64,000 nucleotides of DNA. Source: an uncultured Planctomycetia bacterium (GTDB taxonomy: Bacteria; Planctomycetota; Planctomycetia; Pirellulales; S012-138). The stretch lies in the NCBI GenBank assembly GCA_963731685.1, contig CAVSWR010000036.1, positions 263,191 through 327,190 on the forward strand. Direction: 5' to 3'. Made by a program: the position numbers and the translations under genes. Below the pieces are notes generated by a model that worked only from the letters and a program-made list of their open reading frames with translations, was not told where the DNA came from and did no database searches. Shown here in pieces: positions 61,322 to 64,000 of this stretch. The first letter of the stretch is position 1. The number at the start of each line of letters is the position of its first letter.

Positions 61322-64000
61322 TAAGTCCAATATTTCCTCCGTTCCCTTGCTCAATTACAACCTCCCGTCGGTCGATTTTCTGGTCGATCGGGCGTCGCAC
61401 GAGGCGACCTGGGCCGCGGCCGAGGCGCCGCAATACGTGGCCTATCGCACGGCGGTGGCCGGGTTGCAACGGGCTTACGACACGGCCGACATCAACGCCG
61501 GGCGGGCCTGGGAAACCGCCCTGGCCACGGCCGGCTACAACCGCGACGTGGCCGACGCCGCCGCCGAGTATGCGAAAGAAACGGCCGTGGCCGCCGCCGG
61601 CAAGGCCTACGCCGACGGCGTCGCCCCCGTGGAGAGGACCCGCGCCGCCGCCGTGGCCGCCGCCTATCGCGTCTACGACCTCGCCGTGGCCGACGCCCAG
61701 CGCGATTACGACACGGCCGATGTCCCGGATATGAACGCCTACAACGCCGCCGTGTCGGCCGCCGCGGGCGTTCGCGACGCGGCCGTCAAGACCGCCGAGA
61801 AGGCCTACGACACCGGGGCCATCCAGGTCGAAAAGACGCGTCTCATCGCCCAGGCCGGCGCCGAGCGTGACGCGAGCGTGGCTTTCGCCACGTCCGACGA
61901 GACTTGGCTCATCGCCGCCGCCGACGCCACGAAGACCGCCGCGCTGGCCGACGCCGCGGCCGTCCACGACCGCGACCTGGCGCTGCTGAACACCGACACC
62001 GGCTACCAGTCCGACAGCGCGGCCCGCTACGCCGACGAGATGCTCGCGCTGGCCCAAGGCAGCGACACGCCCTGGGGCTGGGAACACTACGCGGAGGCCG
62101 CCGCCGCGGCCGAATACGCCTCTTCGATGGCCACGGCCGCACTGACCGACGGCACAACCACCATCAACGAAAGCTACGCGTTCGCCCAAACCGAGGCCGA
62201 CGAGACCCGCACGCTTTCGGTGAACGAGGCCACGGCCGCCTTCAATTCCGCCACGGCGCTGGCCGCGGCCGAGTACAACCACGTCACGTCCCACGCCACG
62301 GCCCTGGCCGACGACAACTACCACATCGCCGAGCGCGTGCCGACGGCGGTGATCAACCTGGTCGGCCTGGACGATCTGGAAGGCCGCGCGGCCGGCGACC
62401 CGGCCGACTTCATCGCGGCCTTGAACAAGAACGGCGGCTCTCCCTTCAGCGACCTCGGCGACAGCTTCTACACGGCGGCCGTCGACAAGATGTTCTACAC
62501 GCCGCCGGAGACCGACGAACTCGGCTACAGCAACAGCTTCGACCGCTGGCTCGGCGAAAACCTCATCCGCCCCGCCATCGGCGACGACAATCTCATCAAC
62601 GCCACCGACGCCCAGCTATTCTGGGGCACCGCGGCCTTCGCCGCGATAAGCGCGGTGACCATCGTCTACGCCACCCCAGTGCTCGCCACGGCGGTGGTCG
62701 ACATGGGCATTAAGGGTGTGGCGTTCACTCTCGCGAAGGATTTCATAATCGGCGGCGCGATTTCTGGCGTCATCGACGCCGGAGTCCAGTTGGAGCACAT
62801 GTACGAAAACGGTGGTGACTTCAATTGGAGCCGACTCGGCGAGTCCGTCGTCGTGGGCGGCGTGATGGGCATGGGCATGGGAACCGCCTTCCGCGGCGTG
62901 CAGACCTTGTCGAAGGCCCTCACCACGCGCTACGCGGCGGCTTGCGTGCCGGTCACCATCGCCCAAAAGCTGGGGCTTACCTACCTGAGCGGCAAGGGCA
63001 TCGCGCATGGCGTCGAGGCGATCGGCAACGGCGAGACGGTCGAAGGCGTCAGTAGCGTCCTGTTGGGCGCCCTCGGCGTGGCCGGCGCCTTGTCGATGCG
63101 CTGGAACTGCTTCACCGCCGGCCATCAGATTCTCGCCTTGCCGCTCGGTGTGACCGTCGCCGACGCTGCGCATCGGCGGCAAGTGATGAAACGAGCGGTT
63201 GGCGAACGGAGTATCTCATCGGCGCCGGCGTGGCGATTGCCGTCGGCATGACCGGTTGGGCGCATGAACGCCGCAAACGCAGGCGACTGTTGGCGCAAGC
63301 GCGCGACCATGTGTATGGTTGCCAGTGGGAATCAAACTCGCGACATGATGTTGACGACGACGACGAATCGAGCCCGTTGCGGGAAGCAATCGCCATGGAC
63401 GACGCGGAAGCCGCTATTTGGTCGGATGAATCGTTTCTGCCAGACGCGGATTCGTTTGATGAGCCAGCAACTACCTCCTTCGCTTCAGGCGCCGAGCAGT
63501 TCACGGCGTAGCATGCCTGCCGCCGCCGCAAGCGGCGCAGTTGATTCAAACGCCGCGCGCCGCAAAACCATCCGCTGCCCGCAAAGCGAAGATCCGACCG
63601 AGCCGCTGCGAGAATCACATCGCGGCGGTCTTTGGTTTGGTCTTTCACTCGTCGTCGCTTTCTTCTGCCTCTTCCAGGCGCTACCCCGCTGGTCCCACAC
63701 CGACGGCCTTCAATCAGCGCGCACTCGACACGGTGTCGCTCCGCTTCTCTCGACACGAACATCGCCAGCGACTACCGCGTCGGCGCGCGACACCTACAAA
63801 TTCTTCAACATCGAGGACATTCGTGCCGGACCAACTCGTCCTCGCCTCGAACCCCGCCACCGGCCAACTTGAACCGCGGCGCGTTCTCCAAACCTTCCGT
63901 CGCACAACCTATCACCTGCGCCACCTAACCTTCCAGTCCCCCACCGGCGCCCGTCAAACCTTCGAAACCACCGACGAGCACCCCTTCTGGTCTCACGGCG
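61322..64000 (+). CDS. Polymorphic-toxin cassette D (3' end outside window): starts at the same boundary as the intact copy (GDKSNI…LLNYNLPSVDFLV); three or more apparent frameshifts (~63165, ~63505, ~63790)
   Basis: ORF 61086..63251 matches copy 57352.. from 61322 on. The central hydrophobic segment is of the cassette-A type. After CFTAGHQILALPLGVTVA the frame is lost and resumes in ORFs 63230.., 63264.. and a further frame to the window end. Confidence 0.55.

Noticed and set aside
1-64000. Interpreting each frame break as programmed ribosomal frameshifting or deliberate pseudogenisation
   Set aside because: Breaks are scattered through unrelated housekeeping genes at homopolymers and simple runs with no slippery-heptamer/structure pattern. 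Indel error is the more economical explanation. True pseudogenes cannot be excluded for the toxin orphans.

Overview
High-GC (~65%) chromosomal fragment, most likely from a Planctomycetota (Pirellulales-like) genome. The assignment rests on the gene families present: DUF1501 next to a PSD/DUF1587-DUF1592 protein, a DUF1559-type domain, DUF1080, a PQQ beta-propeller, and a secreted protease starting with the ERLEDRLLLS motif. Positions 1-47.5 kb are ordinary chromosome: housekeeping and transport genes (CN-hydrolase, SelA-like PLP enzyme, lactonase, CysQ-like phosphatase, MMPL exporter, esterase, Ogt, CorA, ABC ATPase, response regulator, SPFH protein, GNAT, endonuclease V). Embedded in this are a low-GC islet with an orphan P-loop NTPase, a degenerate IS1634-family transposase, and three copies of a ~130-bp MITE-like element with terminal inverted repeats. 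A tRNA-Ala(TGC) sits at 47627-47699. Immediately 3' of it is a promoter/operator-like repeat cluster, and from ~48.9 kb to the window end runs an array of at least five related polymorphic-toxin cassettes. Each cassette has a conserved Ala-rich N-terminal region, an unusual Hint (Hedgehog/intein) domain, and a variable C-terminal toxin tip. The tips include two HNH-like 'HH' domains, one HExxH metallopeptidase-like domain and one unassigned domain. Each is followed by a small low-GC candidate immunity ORF whose start overlaps the toxin stop. Only one cassette (57352..60717, 1121 aa) is intact; the others are 5'-truncated orphans and/or carry frameshifts. Apparent frameshifts also occur in at least nine other genes across the window, so single-base indel assembly errors are as likely as true pseudogenisation. 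No rRNA and no CRISPR array were found.
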